Source: an uncultured Syntrophales bacterium (GTDB taxonomy: Bacteria > Desulfobacterota > Desulfomonilia > Desulfomonilales > Desulfomonilaceae). Taken from it: a stretch of DNA of 27,098 nucleotides. The stretch is from positions 1 to 27,098 of the forward strand of contig CAZFJT010000001.1 in the NCBI GenBank assembly GCA_964519135.1, given 5' to 3'. Of the stretch, positions 1 to 8,213 are shown piece by piece (position 1 is the first letter of the stretch; each line of letters starts with the position of its first letter). The position numbers were made by a program, and so were the translations under genes. Below the pieces are notes generated by a model. The model saw only the letters and a list, made by a program, of their open reading frames with translations, was not told the origin of the DNA and ran no database searches.

Positions 1-2
1 GC

Positions 3-37
3 CGGAATGAAATTTCATTTCATTCCGTGTTTTATTT
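3..37. terminator. Intrinsic terminator-like hairpin
   Basis: Perfect 11-bp inverted repeat CGGAATGAAAT (3-13) / ATTTCATTCCG (17-27) with a 3-nt loop. T-rich tail on + (TGTTTTATTT). It lies 38 nt past the lpdA stop on -. Confidence 0.6.
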
Positions 38-64
38 AGAGAATTACTATAATATTCTATCTTT

Positions 65-1498
65 TCACTTTTTTTTCTCACTGGGCGAGAAAATCTGTGT
101 CGCGTGCCTCTCCACCTGTTCAGCGGCTTCTTCTATGCCCTCGGACAGTGTTGGGTGCGGGTGGATTGTTAATACTAAATCATCCACATGGGAGGCTGAC
201 GCGACAGCCAACGCGCCCTCTGATATGAGGTCCGACGCGTTGGGTCCCACTATCTGGACCCCCAAAACCGTCCCTGTTTCCGCGTCTGAAACCACCTTTG
301 TAAAACCAAGCGCGCCTTCTCCCATGGTCACTGCCCTGCCAAGAGCCTTGAATGGAAAAACTCCGGTCTTTATTTTTATGCCTTGCTTTTTTGCATCCTT
401 TTCATCAAGCCCAACCGCTGCGATCTCAGGATCACTGAATATTACGCTCGGAACCTCAACAGCTTCATACGCGGAAGGTTTGCCGGCAATTACCTCGGCC
501 GCGATCTTTCCCTGATAAGACGCCCTGTGGGCAAGCATCATCCCTTGAACTACGTCACCTATTGCGTATATATGAGATTTATTGGTTTGCAGCTTCTCGT
601 TCACAGGTATGAAGCCCTTTTCGTCAATATCTATCCCGGCTTTTTCCAGCCCGATTCCCTTTGTGTTCGGTCTTCTACCTATTGCCACGAGTATTCTGTT
701 TGCAGGGATTTTCACTGAGCTGCCCTTAACCTCATATTTCAGCTCCAATTCAGAGCCGTTCTTCTTAACTTCCTGGGCCTTTGCTGAAAGAACGAGATCT
801 ATTCCATGCTTTTGCAAGGCCTTCTCCATTGTCTTGCCTATATCAGAGTCCATCATGGGCAGCAATGAATCGGCCGCGTCCAATATAATGACCTTGGCGC
901 CAAATTTAGAATAGACCATGCCGAGCTCCAGGCCCACCGCTCCCGCGCCTATAACCACAAAATGTTCGGGTATCTCTTTAATATCCAGGGCGTCCTTGGA
1001 TTCCACAATCAGATCTCCGTCAAAGGGAACCGCTGGAAGCTCAATTGGAGAAGAACCTGTTGCAATGATAAGATTTTCGAATTCAAATCTTTTCATCCCT
1101 TCTTCTGTTTCCACGGACATGGAATATTCGCCTGTTATTTTGGCCGCGCCATGAACAAAATTTATGTTCTTATTTTTAACAAGACCGGAGATTCCATTTC
1201 TCAGCTTTTGCACCACTCCGTTCTTCCATTCCATCAATTTTTCAAGATCAACTTTTACACCAGAGGCGATGAGCCCCATGGACTCGGCCTTCTCCAAATG
1301 GGACTTCAGATTCGCCACATGTATTAAGGTTTTTGAAGGTATACAGCCCCAATTGAGACATACCCCTCCAAGATAGTCATTTTCCACCAAAGTAACCTCA
1401 AGACCCATCTGAGCCGCCCTGACCGCAGCTACATTACCTCCCGGCCCGCCGCCTATTATCGCCACCTGTGTCCCTTGGGCAAAATCACCAACTACCAT
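65..1498 (-). CDS. lpdA: Dihydrolipoamide dehydrogenase (E3)
   Basis: FAD motif GGGPGG, redox motif GGVCLNWGCIPSK, NAD motif GAGAVGLE, C-terminal HPHPTLSE. Start moved from 1552 to ATG 1498 because an AGGAGGT SD precedes it (MVVGDF...). Confidence 0.96.
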   Translation of the reverse strand: MVVGDFAQGTQVAIIGGGPGGNVAAVRAAQMGLEVTLVENDYLGGVCLNWGCIPSKTLIHVANLKSHLEKAESMGLIASGVKVDLEKLMEWKNGVVQKLRNGISGLVKNKNINFVHGAAKITGEYSMSVETEEGMKRFEFENLIIATGSSPIELPAVPFDGDLIVESKDALDIKEIPEHFVVIGAGAVGLELGMVYSKFGAKVIILDAADSLLPMMDSDIGKTMEKALQKHGIDLVLSAKAQEVKKNGSELELKYEVKGSSVKIPANRILVAIGRRPNTKGIGLEKAGIDIDEKGFIPVNEKLQTNKSHIYAIGDVVQGMMLAHRASYQGKIAAEVIAGKPSAYEAVEVPSVIFSDPEIAAVGLDEKDAKKQGIKIKTGVFPFKALGRAVTMGEGALGFTKVVSDAETGTVLGVQIVGPNASDLISEGALAVASASHVDDLVLTIHPHPTLSEGIEEAAEQVERHATQIFSPSEKKK

Positions 1499-1601
1499 GC
1501 CGACCTCCTGGTTAGATCTTGAAATTGATATTAAAAAATCAGTCAGGGGCAATATTCACGGCTGTATTGGTCCCCTGAAAACAGTTGGAGCAATAGATGC
1601 C

Positions 1602-2894
1602 CTATCCCATGTCCACCAGCATTAGCATGGGATCCTCCAGCAAGGATTTGACATGGTCAGTGAATCGCGCGGCTGTCGCGCCGTCCAATACTCTATGATC
1701 GAACGACACTGTAAGGGGCATTATTGTTCTCACAACTACTTCTCCATCCCTGACAACCGGTTTTTCAGTGGCCCTGTTGGAACATAGAATAGCCACTTGG
1801 GGGTGGAGAATTATAGGAGTTGCGAACATTCCGCCCACAGCTCCCACATTTGTGATTGTGAATGACCCTCCCCTTAGATCATCTATGTCTATGGTCCGAT
1901 CCCTGGCCTTTTCAGATAACTCTTGCAGGTCCTTAGCGATTTCCAGTATTGATCTTCTGTCCACATCCCGTATTACCGGAACCATGAGCCCGGCCTCTGT
2001 ATCAGTTGCGATCCCAATGTGAAAATAGTCCTTGTACACCAATTCCCCGGTCTCTTCATCCAGGGAAGAGTTCATGATGGGGTATTTTCTAAGGCCGGCT
2101 GTTGCGGCTTTTGCCAGAAAAGCCAGAGTGGTCAGTCTAACCCCTCTTTTTTCAGCGGTGGTTCTTTCTCTTTCAACCACCTTTAATAATTCGGTGATAT
2201 CAGCCTCGTCAAAGTGGGTCACATGAGGTATTGTGGAAACGGATCTTACCATTACCTCGGCAATGCGTTTGCGAACTCCCTTTAATGGTTCCCTTCTGGT
2301 TGGGCCGTATTTCTCAAAGTCAAAGCCTGAAGTGGCCGGTGTTCTCACAGCCGCCGCGGTAGGGGCCTTTGGAGCTTCTGGAGTTGTCTCTGAGGCAGCG
2401 GTTTGAACGTCATCGTCAGTAACGCGTCCACCCTTGCCTGTGCCCTTTACTGTATTTATATCAACACCAAGCTCCCTGGCGACCTTTCTGGTATGTGGTG
2501 TGGCCAAGACCCTCTTTTGGGGTTTAGGTTCTTCTTTTGGCGCCTTGGGTTTCTCTTTTGATTCTTGTGGTTCTTTTTCCTTCTCTTTTTCAGGTTTGGC
2601 CGCTGGCTTTTTTTCCTTGGGTTTCTCTTTGGCGGGTTTCTCTTTGGCCGGCGCCTCTTGGGTCTCGATTATGAGCACCGCGTCTCCAACTTGAACGATG
2701 TCGCCGGGTTTATGTGGTATTTCCAGCACTTTACCGGCGAACGGCGCAGGAAGCTCCACTACCGCCTTATCGGTCTCCACACGGACCACCATTTCGTCAG
2801 CCTTCACCTCTTGTCCAACTTCAACGAGATACTCCACTATCTCAGCTTCCGCTATACCTTCTCCCACATCCGGGAGTCTGAATGCTTGTCTCAT
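1602..2894 (-). CDS. pdhC: Dihydrolipoamide acyltransferase (E2) with one lipoyl domain
   Basis: Lipoyl motif ETDKA, E3-binding domain (ATPHTRKVARELGVDINTVKGTGKGGRV), catalytic DHRVLDGA. ATG 2894 is 9 nt after AAGGAG (the track uses TTG 2900). Acyl specificity cannot be determined by eye. Confidence 0.93.
   Translation of the reverse strand: MRQAFRLPDVGEGIAEAEIVEYLVEVGQEVKADEMVVRVETDKAVVELPAPFAGKVLEIPHKPGDIVQVGDAVLIIETQEAPAKEKPAKEKPKEKKPAAKPEKEKEKEPQESKEKPKAPKEEPKPQKRVLATPHTRKVARELGVDINTVKGTGKGGRVTDDDVQTAASETTPEAPKAPTAAAVRTPATSGFDFEKYGPTRREPLKGVRKRIAEVMVRSVSTIPHVTHFDEADITELLKVVERERTTAEKRGVRLTTLAFLAKAATAGLRKYPIMNSSLDEETGELVYKDYFHIGIATDTEAGLMVPVIRDVDRRSILEIAKDLQELSEKARDRTIDIDDLRGGSFTITNVGAVGGMFATPIILHPQVAILCSNRATEKPVVRDGEVVVRTIMPLTVSFDHRVLDGATAARFTDHVKSLLEDPMLMLVDMG
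2619..2648. repeat. Perfect 15-bp tandem duplication in the E2 linker (AKEKP x2)
   Basis: GGGTTTCTCTTTGGC at 2619-2633 and 2634-2648, inside the Lys/Glu/Pro-rich linker. Confidence 0.9.
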
Positions 2895-2920
2895 ATCCAA
2901 TCGCTCCTTTAAGGGCCGAA

Positions 2921-3898
2921 CTAGAATTCCATGGTCTCGTGAATCGCTCTAACAACTCTGTCCGGATCAGGATAGTTATGGTCTTCCAGCTTGGCCAGAG
3001 GCGGTGTGATGTCATAACCTGTGACCCTTTTTATTGGGGCAAGCAGGTAAAGCAGTAGATTTTCTCCCACTGTCGCGGCCAATTCCGCGCCTGCGCCGAA
3101 CGACTTGGGCGCCTCATGAACGATTACAAGACGACCTGTCTTTTTCACTGATTCAGAAACAGTATCAATGTCAAAGGGCGATATTGTGCGAAGATCAACC
3201 ACTTCAGCCTCAACACCCTCTGAACTCACATGATGGGCCGCTTTCTCGCAAACCGAGACCATGCCTCCCCAGGTAAGGAGGGTAATATCGTCTCCTTCCC
3301 TGGCGATCCTGGCTTCTCCTATTGGGACCCTGTGCTCGCCTTCTGGAACATCTTCCTTGAACGATCTATAAAGCCGCTTAGGTTCCAAATATATTACTGT
3401 ATCAGGGTCTTCTATTGCTGAGGTGAGCAGACCTTTTGCGTCTGACGGGGTCGACGGAATAACTACCTTCAAACCCGGCAGGTGGGCAAACAGGGCTTCA
3501 GGCGCGTCCGAATGGTGCTCCAAGGCCCGCACTCCCGCGCCGTACGGGGCCCTAATAACCAGAGGCACGCTATATAGCCCCTGGGAACGTTTTCTCATCC
3601 TTGAGGCGTGACTGTATATATGATCATAGGCCTTGAACATAAAGCCCTCGAACTGTATTTCAGCCACAGGCTTCATTCCGTATATGGCCATACCTATTGC
3701 CGCGCCCACTATCCCACTTTCCGCGAGAGGCGTATCTATGACCCTGTCTTCTCCGTATTTTTCTATAAGGCCCACAGTGGCCCGAAACACTCCGCCATCC
3801 ACTCCCACATCTTCACCCATAACCACGATGGTGTCATCCTTTTCCATCATTTCGCTCAAGGTGTTGTTAATAGCTTCTATCATTGACATTCGGGCCAT
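2921..3898 (-). CDS. pdhB: 2-oxoacid dehydrogenase E1 beta subunit
   Basis: GEDVGVDGGVFRAT, DTPLAESGIVG, EIQF, EHHS, VIPSTPSDAKGLL and VVDLRTISPFD motifs; GGAGGT SD. Confidence 0.95.
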   Translation of the reverse strand: MARMSMIEAINNTLSEMMEKDDTIVVMGEDVGVDGGVFRATVGLIEKYGEDRVIDTPLAESGIVGAAIGMAIYGMKPVAEIQFEGFMFKAYDHIYSHASRMRKRSQGLYSVPLVIRAPYGAGVRALEHHSDAPEALFAHLPGLKVVIPSTPSDAKGLLTSAIEDPDTVIYLEPKRLYRSFKEDVPEGEHRVPIGEARIAREGDDITLLTWGGMVSVCEKAAHHVSSEGVEAEVVDLRTISPFDIDTVSESVKKTGRLVIVHEAPKSFGAGAELAATVGENLLLYLLAPIKRVTGYDITPPLAKLEDHNYPDPDRVVRAIHETMEF

Positions 3899-3901
3899 AT
3901 T

Positions 3902-4966
3902 TTACCTCCCAGCGTCCCCGGCGTTTTCCCGGGCCTCTTCAAATTGTTCCTGCAGTCGCCAAGTCGGCTCAGAGTAAACGTAGTTGAACATGTCATCCAC
4001 GCCAGGCGCCTCTGTTGATTCATATTCTTTCACAGTGTTCTCTATCTGTTCTGTTATCTCTTCAATAAGGGCGTTTTCCTTGGAATCGTCCCAGTCCTTG
4101 TTTGCGGACAAATACTTTCTCATGCGTTCCACTGGATCTTTTTTTGTCCAGGGCTGAAGCATTTCTTCGGTTCTGTATCTACTTGCGTCATCAGAAGTGG
4201 TGTGATCATCCAACCTATATGTAACAAGCTCTACCAAAGAGGGTTTATATTCTTCCCTGGCCCGGTCCAGTAGTTGTTTGACCGTTTGATAGACTGCTAT
4301 TATGTCATTGCCGTCCACCCTCTTAGTATCTATTCCATACGCGAGGGCCTTTTCAGCCAGTGTCTCGCTCGCCGTCTGCCGGCTTACAGGCACAGAGATC
4401 GCCCAGTGATTGTTTTGTATGGCGAACACTACAGGCAACTTAAACACACCGGCAAAATTCAACGCTTCATGGAAATCACCCTGGGAGGTGGACCCATCCC
4501 CTGAGCTGGACAGGACCGCGACTTTGTCTCCCTTTATCTTTGCAGCCCACGCAAGACCGGCCGCGTGGAGCAAATGGGAGCCCACAGTTATGCAGACCGG
4601 TAAAACCCTTGAATCATCCGGAGGACGGCCGCCCCGCTCATCTCCGCCCCAGTAAAGCATCATATCCTTGGGATCAAGGCCTCTTACAAATTGGGTCCCA
4701 AGCTCCCTGAAAGAAGGGCAGAACCAATCCTTATCAGCCAAGGCCATTCCCATGCCGATATTTGCGGCCTCTTGCCCGCGCACTGAAGCCAATGTGCCCA
4801 TCCGACCCTGCCTTTGCAGACTAAGAACCTTGGTGTTAAAGGATTTGGTAAGTAACATCCACCTGTACATCTTCTCTATGATCTCATCGGTAATTCCATC
4901 CAGAGCGGATTCATCTACGATCTTCCCTTCAGGGTCCATTATTTGGATCAGTTCGTGTTCACTCAT
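3902..4966 (-). CDS. pdhA: 2-oxoacid dehydrogenase E1 alpha subunit (Bacillus/archaeal-like type)
   Basis: LQRQGRMG, GQEA, ThDP motif GDGSTSQGDFHEALNFAG...QNNHWAIS, and TYRLDDHTTSDD. Confidence 0.94.
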   Translation of the reverse strand: MSEHELIQIMDPEGKIVDESALDGITDEIIEKMYRWMLLTKSFNTKVLSLQRQGRMGTLASVRGQEAANIGMGMALADKDWFCPSFRELGTQFVRGLDPKDMMLYWGGDERGGRPPDDSRVLPVCITVGSHLLHAAGLAWAAKIKGDKVAVLSSSGDGSTSQGDFHEALNFAGVFKLPVVFAIQNNHWAISVPVSRQTASETLAEKALAYGIDTKRVDGNDIIAVYQTVKQLLDRAREEYKPSLVELVTYRLDDHTTSDDASRYRTEEMLQPWTKKDPVERMRKYLSANKDWDDSKENALIEEITEQIENTVKEYESTEAPGVDDMFNYVYSEPTWRLQEQFEEARENAGDAGR

Positions 4967-5141
4967 AAGTATTTCCCTTGGATTAGTATGTTCTCAAGAT
5001 CGGCCGGCTTGGAAATACCCCTGTTTCCGGCCGGTATCAAACACAATATGTACTAAATTATTCATTCTTTGGGGATTTGGTTAGAGAAATATTGCCTTCA
5101 CCAGTTCAATTACATAAACATAAGCCTTATATCCCATCATA

Positions 5142-5858
5142 TCAAAGACATACTCTTCTGTTAAAAATAGTGGAGAAATTGCTGATTATTTTATTTTTAA
5201 CTTCTTCCCTGGATACAGGTTGACCAATGATCCGCTCAATAGTTGTAAACTTTGCTCCAGGAATACCGCACGGCTCCACAAATCTTGATATGGGATCCAG
5301 GTTCTCCAGATTTATGGCAAAGCCGAACATTGTCACCCAGTCTCTTATTCTTACTCCCATAGAGACGATCTTATTACCACCCACCCACAAACCTATATGG
5401 GCTGGAGTGTCTCTCCTGGGTACGGCTTTGACGCCGAATTCGGCCAGTGTTTCAGAGGAAATGGCCTCAAGGCTTTCCATATATTTAGGGATATTTCTTT
5501 GGGACCCTTCCAATTTTATCACAGGGTAACACACAAGCTGTCCAGGCCAGTGATAAGTCACTCCTCCACCACGTACTGATTTATATAAAGGAATACCCAT
5601 TGATCTGAACTCTTCAATGGTTTTAAGGAGGCCTTTGGGTTGCAACTCATTTTTGTTCTTAAGACCAATGGAGATAGAAGGGGGATGACACATGAACAGG
5701 AGAGTTTCCGACGCGCCGCCACGTTTTATTTCGTTGGCCATTGCGTCCATATCAGCTTCTATATTAACAATCGATACAAGGCCCATGTCTCTGCACAGGC
5801 ATGGAGCTGTAAAAGGCCCTTCAACTGCGTTCAAGATTAGAGGCGGCATTTTAACCAA
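5142..5858 (-). CDS. lipB: Octanoyltransferase LipB-like
   Basis: RGGGVTYHWPGQLVCYP, KIVSMGVRI (catalytic Lys), EPCG (catalytic Cys). Adjacent to the pdh genes. Start is TTG 5858 or ATG 5849. Confidence 0.85.
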   Translation of the reverse strand: MVKMPPLILNAVEGPFTAPCLCRDMGLVSIVNIEADMDAMANEIKRGGASETLLFMCHPPSISIGLKNKNELQPKGLLKTIEEFRSMGIPLYKSVRGGGVTYHWPGQLVCYPVIKLEGSQRNIPKYMESLEAISSETLAEFGVKAVPRRDTPAHIGLWVGGNKIVSMGVRIRDWVTMFGFAINLENLDPISRFVEPCGIPGAKFTTIERIIGQPVSREEVKNKIISNFSTIFNRRVCL

Positions 5859-6101
5859 TCATAATTTCTTAATATGTAATTACTCACTGTGGCCCCATTA
5901 GTTTTCGGAATCGAATCCGGGAATTTTGAATGGGCAGATGTGTTTGCGCTTGTTCCGTACGGGCCCAGAACCGTTTCAATAAGAGTAAATTATAATATTT
6001 TTACTGTTTTTCGAAATATAATGTCACTTGAAATCCGGCCAGGGTTGGGCCCTCCCCATGGATATTGTTAATTACCATGAAGAGGGGTGTACGGATGAAG
6101 T

Positions 6102-6269
6102 TTAATTCCCTGGATCGTACGCTGCGGATCCTGAGTCAACGCAGTCTGAAAGCTCTTCAGGGCTGGCGTTCTTGGGGTCTTTCAGTTGACTCATGTGACA
6201 GATGAATTCGTTTCCCTCTCTGTCTTTTACCCATACCAACGGATCAGAAGGTGTTGTTGCTTCAGCCAT
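6102..6269 (-). CDS. Small acidic hypothetical protein, 55 aa (not in ORF track)
   Basis: Translated by hand: MAEATTPSDPLVWVKDREGNEFICHMSQLKDPKNASPEELSDCVDSGSAAYDPGN*. AAAGGAGAT SD upstream of ATG 6269; TAA at 6102-6104. Confidence 0.75.
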   Translation of the reverse strand: MAEATTPSDPLVWVKDREGNEFICHMSQLKDPKNASPEELSDCVDSGSAAYDPGN

Positions 6270-6318
6270 TTTTAAATCTCCTTTTTTTTGCCAAATCTGA
6301 TCATAGGACCAGAGTTCG

Positions 6319-6337
6319 AGCGTAAAAATTTTACGCT
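6319..6337. promoter_or_regulatory. Palindrome, candidate operator
   Basis: AGCGTAAAA-A-TTTTACGCT (9-bp arms, 1-nt centre), 50 bp upstream of the 55-aa ORF. Confidence 0.35.
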
Positions 6338-6625
6338 GTAAAATTACCAGGGGATTCAGTTTTTGAGATCTATTTTCTCTAAGAGTTTATCTCACATGAA
6401 TGGAATATCCCCCCCAATACCAATATAGAGCCCAGGTTCCATATAAAACCGGGATTCCGGACATCTATATTACAAAACATTATAAACACTGGAATTGCAG
6501 AGGTAAGAGTGTGTCAGGAGAATTAATTGACTGATAATTATGTATATTTCAAGAATAACTAGATTTAAAGTCTGTAAAAAAATATGAAAACCTGGTCTGG
6601 AGGCCGGTGGTTCCGTATTTACGGG

Positions 6626-6907
6626 TCAGTATCTTCCCAGGATATGATCAATGAGCGTATTGGACATTTCCATGAAAATGGCCCTGTATCCACCGGGCCA
6701 GGTGTGTCTTATGGGTGGAGGAGGGACATAGCCGTAATAAATTTGTGATTGATCTTTTACTTGAGGTTGAGTTTTGTGTATGGGCGCCCTGGGAGAATAA
6801 TCGGGCGCGGTAGAGCCCGCCCAGGCCGGAGACCAGGAACAAATAAAAATGAAACATAATATAGTGACAATGCTTCTTATTACTGGTATTGTTGTCTTTT
6901 CTCTCAT
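6626..6907 (-). CDS. Secreted hypothetical protein, 93 aa
   Basis: GAGGT SD; basic n-region, hydrophobic h-region and AWA-G signal peptidase site; YYGYVPPPP motif. Confidence 0.7.
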   Translation of the reverse strand: MREKTTIPVIRSIVTILCFIFICSWSPAWAGSTAPDYSPRAPIHKTQPQVKDQSQIYYGYVPPPPIRHTWPGGYRAIFMEMSNTLIDHILGRY

Positions 6908-7219
6908 TTCTACCTCAGCTAGATATTTTATCCACTTTCCAAGATAAAATCAATTAAAATGGTTTCAAGATTTACTAAGGCCGACAAATAGCGCCCGAAA
7001 ACCGCGTGAGTAAAAATCACGCCTTTTGCTTAAACCGCGAGTGGTTTTCGCTCGCGACGACTGTTTATAAGCTTCTGATATTTAAATGAAATAAAGAGAT
7101 GGGCCATATGCATTTAGCCATGGTTGGAAATAACGCATTTTTCAGGCTTGCCATAAAACAGTCCACAGAAATATAATTAATAATATTAGGTTGATACAAT
7201 GCGCAGCAGTCATTATTAG

Positions 7220-7236
7220 TGGGCACGAATATTGCA
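7220..7236 (+). promoter_or_regulatory. Sigma54 (-24/-12) promoter
   Basis: TGGGCACGAATATTGCA matches 16 of 17 positions of YTGGCACGRNNNTTGCW, with GG (7222-3) and GC (7234-5) exactly 10 nt apart. It faces the chemosensory cluster. Confidence 0.7.
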
Positions 7237-7730
7237 GGCGTTCGTCCTTATGCTAGTGCTATATTGAGATAGTCTCTTTTACTTGTACAAATCTTTGAAG
7301 GAGTTATTTTTAATGATGACCGTTAAATGATCATAAACGGTCGCGTGGGGCTTGAAATCTGAATCATACCAACATAACCAGGACTTTTTATCTTGATTTC
7401 CAGTGCTTGGCCATGATATGCTAGATTATCTCTAAAAGTCGTCAAGAGTAAACCACGCGATCATATACGCATGTTGTAGTAATAGAGATCTTGACACGTT
7501 GTAACGATTGTAAAACGGTATCAACAAAGACTTATAAGCCTCCGGAAGTATTTCATAAGTGCGTTAGGATTCCAGATTTGAATACGCCCTGATAAGCGTT
7601 GAATTTAAGTGGTCGGCCCAGCAAGATAAAGTGTTTTTTAAAAAGGCCTATGTATGAATCTTTGAAAAAAGGGCTTTTACTGTAAAAGGATCAATCAAGT
7701 AAACCTTGTCGGGTCCGGCGCGGGGAAGAA

Positions 7731-8069
7731 ATGGAAAAGGCGCCCCAAGAGGAACACAAAACTGAAGATCTATCCGAGGTCATGGACTTTTCCTCCTATG
7801 ATCTCAGGACAACTGTCCGTCTGGTAATTCATAGCGGTGAGTCCAGGCGTGTGGAAATTAGGCAAGGCAGTAAATGGGGCGCGATATATATAAAGGATGG
7901 GGAACTATATCGTGTAGAAACATCCGAATCAACAGGTGACGAGGCCTTCTTTGAGATACTGGGTTGGAAGAGGGCTTCCCATAATGACCGCATGCAAACT
8001 GAAATAATGGATAGAAACGTCAATATTTCAACTGACGTGTTTCTGGATCTTTTAAACAAGAACGCTTAG
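7731..8069 (+). CDS. Stand-alone DUF4388 (PatA-N-like) domain protein
   Basis: Pattern GAIYIKDGELYRVE...GDEAFFEILGW parallels the DUF4388 segment of the next gene (GLIYVNEGGIVHAE...GVEAFYEIVGW). Confidence 0.7.
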   Translation: MEKAPQEEHKTEDLSEVMDFSSYDLRTTVRLVIHSGESRRVEIRQGSKWGAIYIKDGELYRVETSESTGDEAFFEILGWKRASHNDRMQTEIMDRNVNISTDVFLDLLNKNA

Positions 8070-8213
8070 GGACGCGGAGCATTTTGGGGCCATAATACTA
8101 TTATATGTTAAGTTCCCTTGAAAATATTTAGCAGCCTGCTTTTATAGGTCGCAAGACTTATTCTTGCAGGGTCTGGTGATTTATATCTGAACTTATAGCT
8201 CTGGGAGAGTCCT

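Noticed and set aside
5041-5056. NrdR-box-like ACACAATATGTACTAA
   Set aside because: The right half does not match, there is a single copy, and no nrd genes are nearby.
27-5529. Many plus-strand ORFs over the pdh/lipB operon (e.g. 27-515, 2565-2912, 4668-5084)
   Set aside because: Antisense shadows of well-supported genes; no motifs or SD.
5889-6071. 60-aa plus-strand ORF
   Set aside because: No SD or motif; it lies in the probable lipB promoter region on the opposite strand.
7004-7022. CRP/Rex-like site GTGA...TCAC
   Set aside because: The spacer is 7 nt rather than 6. It is kept only as an unassigned inverted repeat.
6980-7065. c-di-GMP (GEMM) riboswitch upstream of a che cluster
   Set aside because: The GGCAAAC...GAAA...GGGACGCAAAG core is not present on either strand.
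7407-7421. Second sigma54-like motif TTGGCCATGATATGC
   Set aside because: GG-GC spacing is 9 nt, not the required 10.
7247-7730. AGGA motifs suggesting a CsrA-titrating sRNA
   Set aside because: Only about four copies in 480 nt and not evidently in hairpin loops; close to chance.
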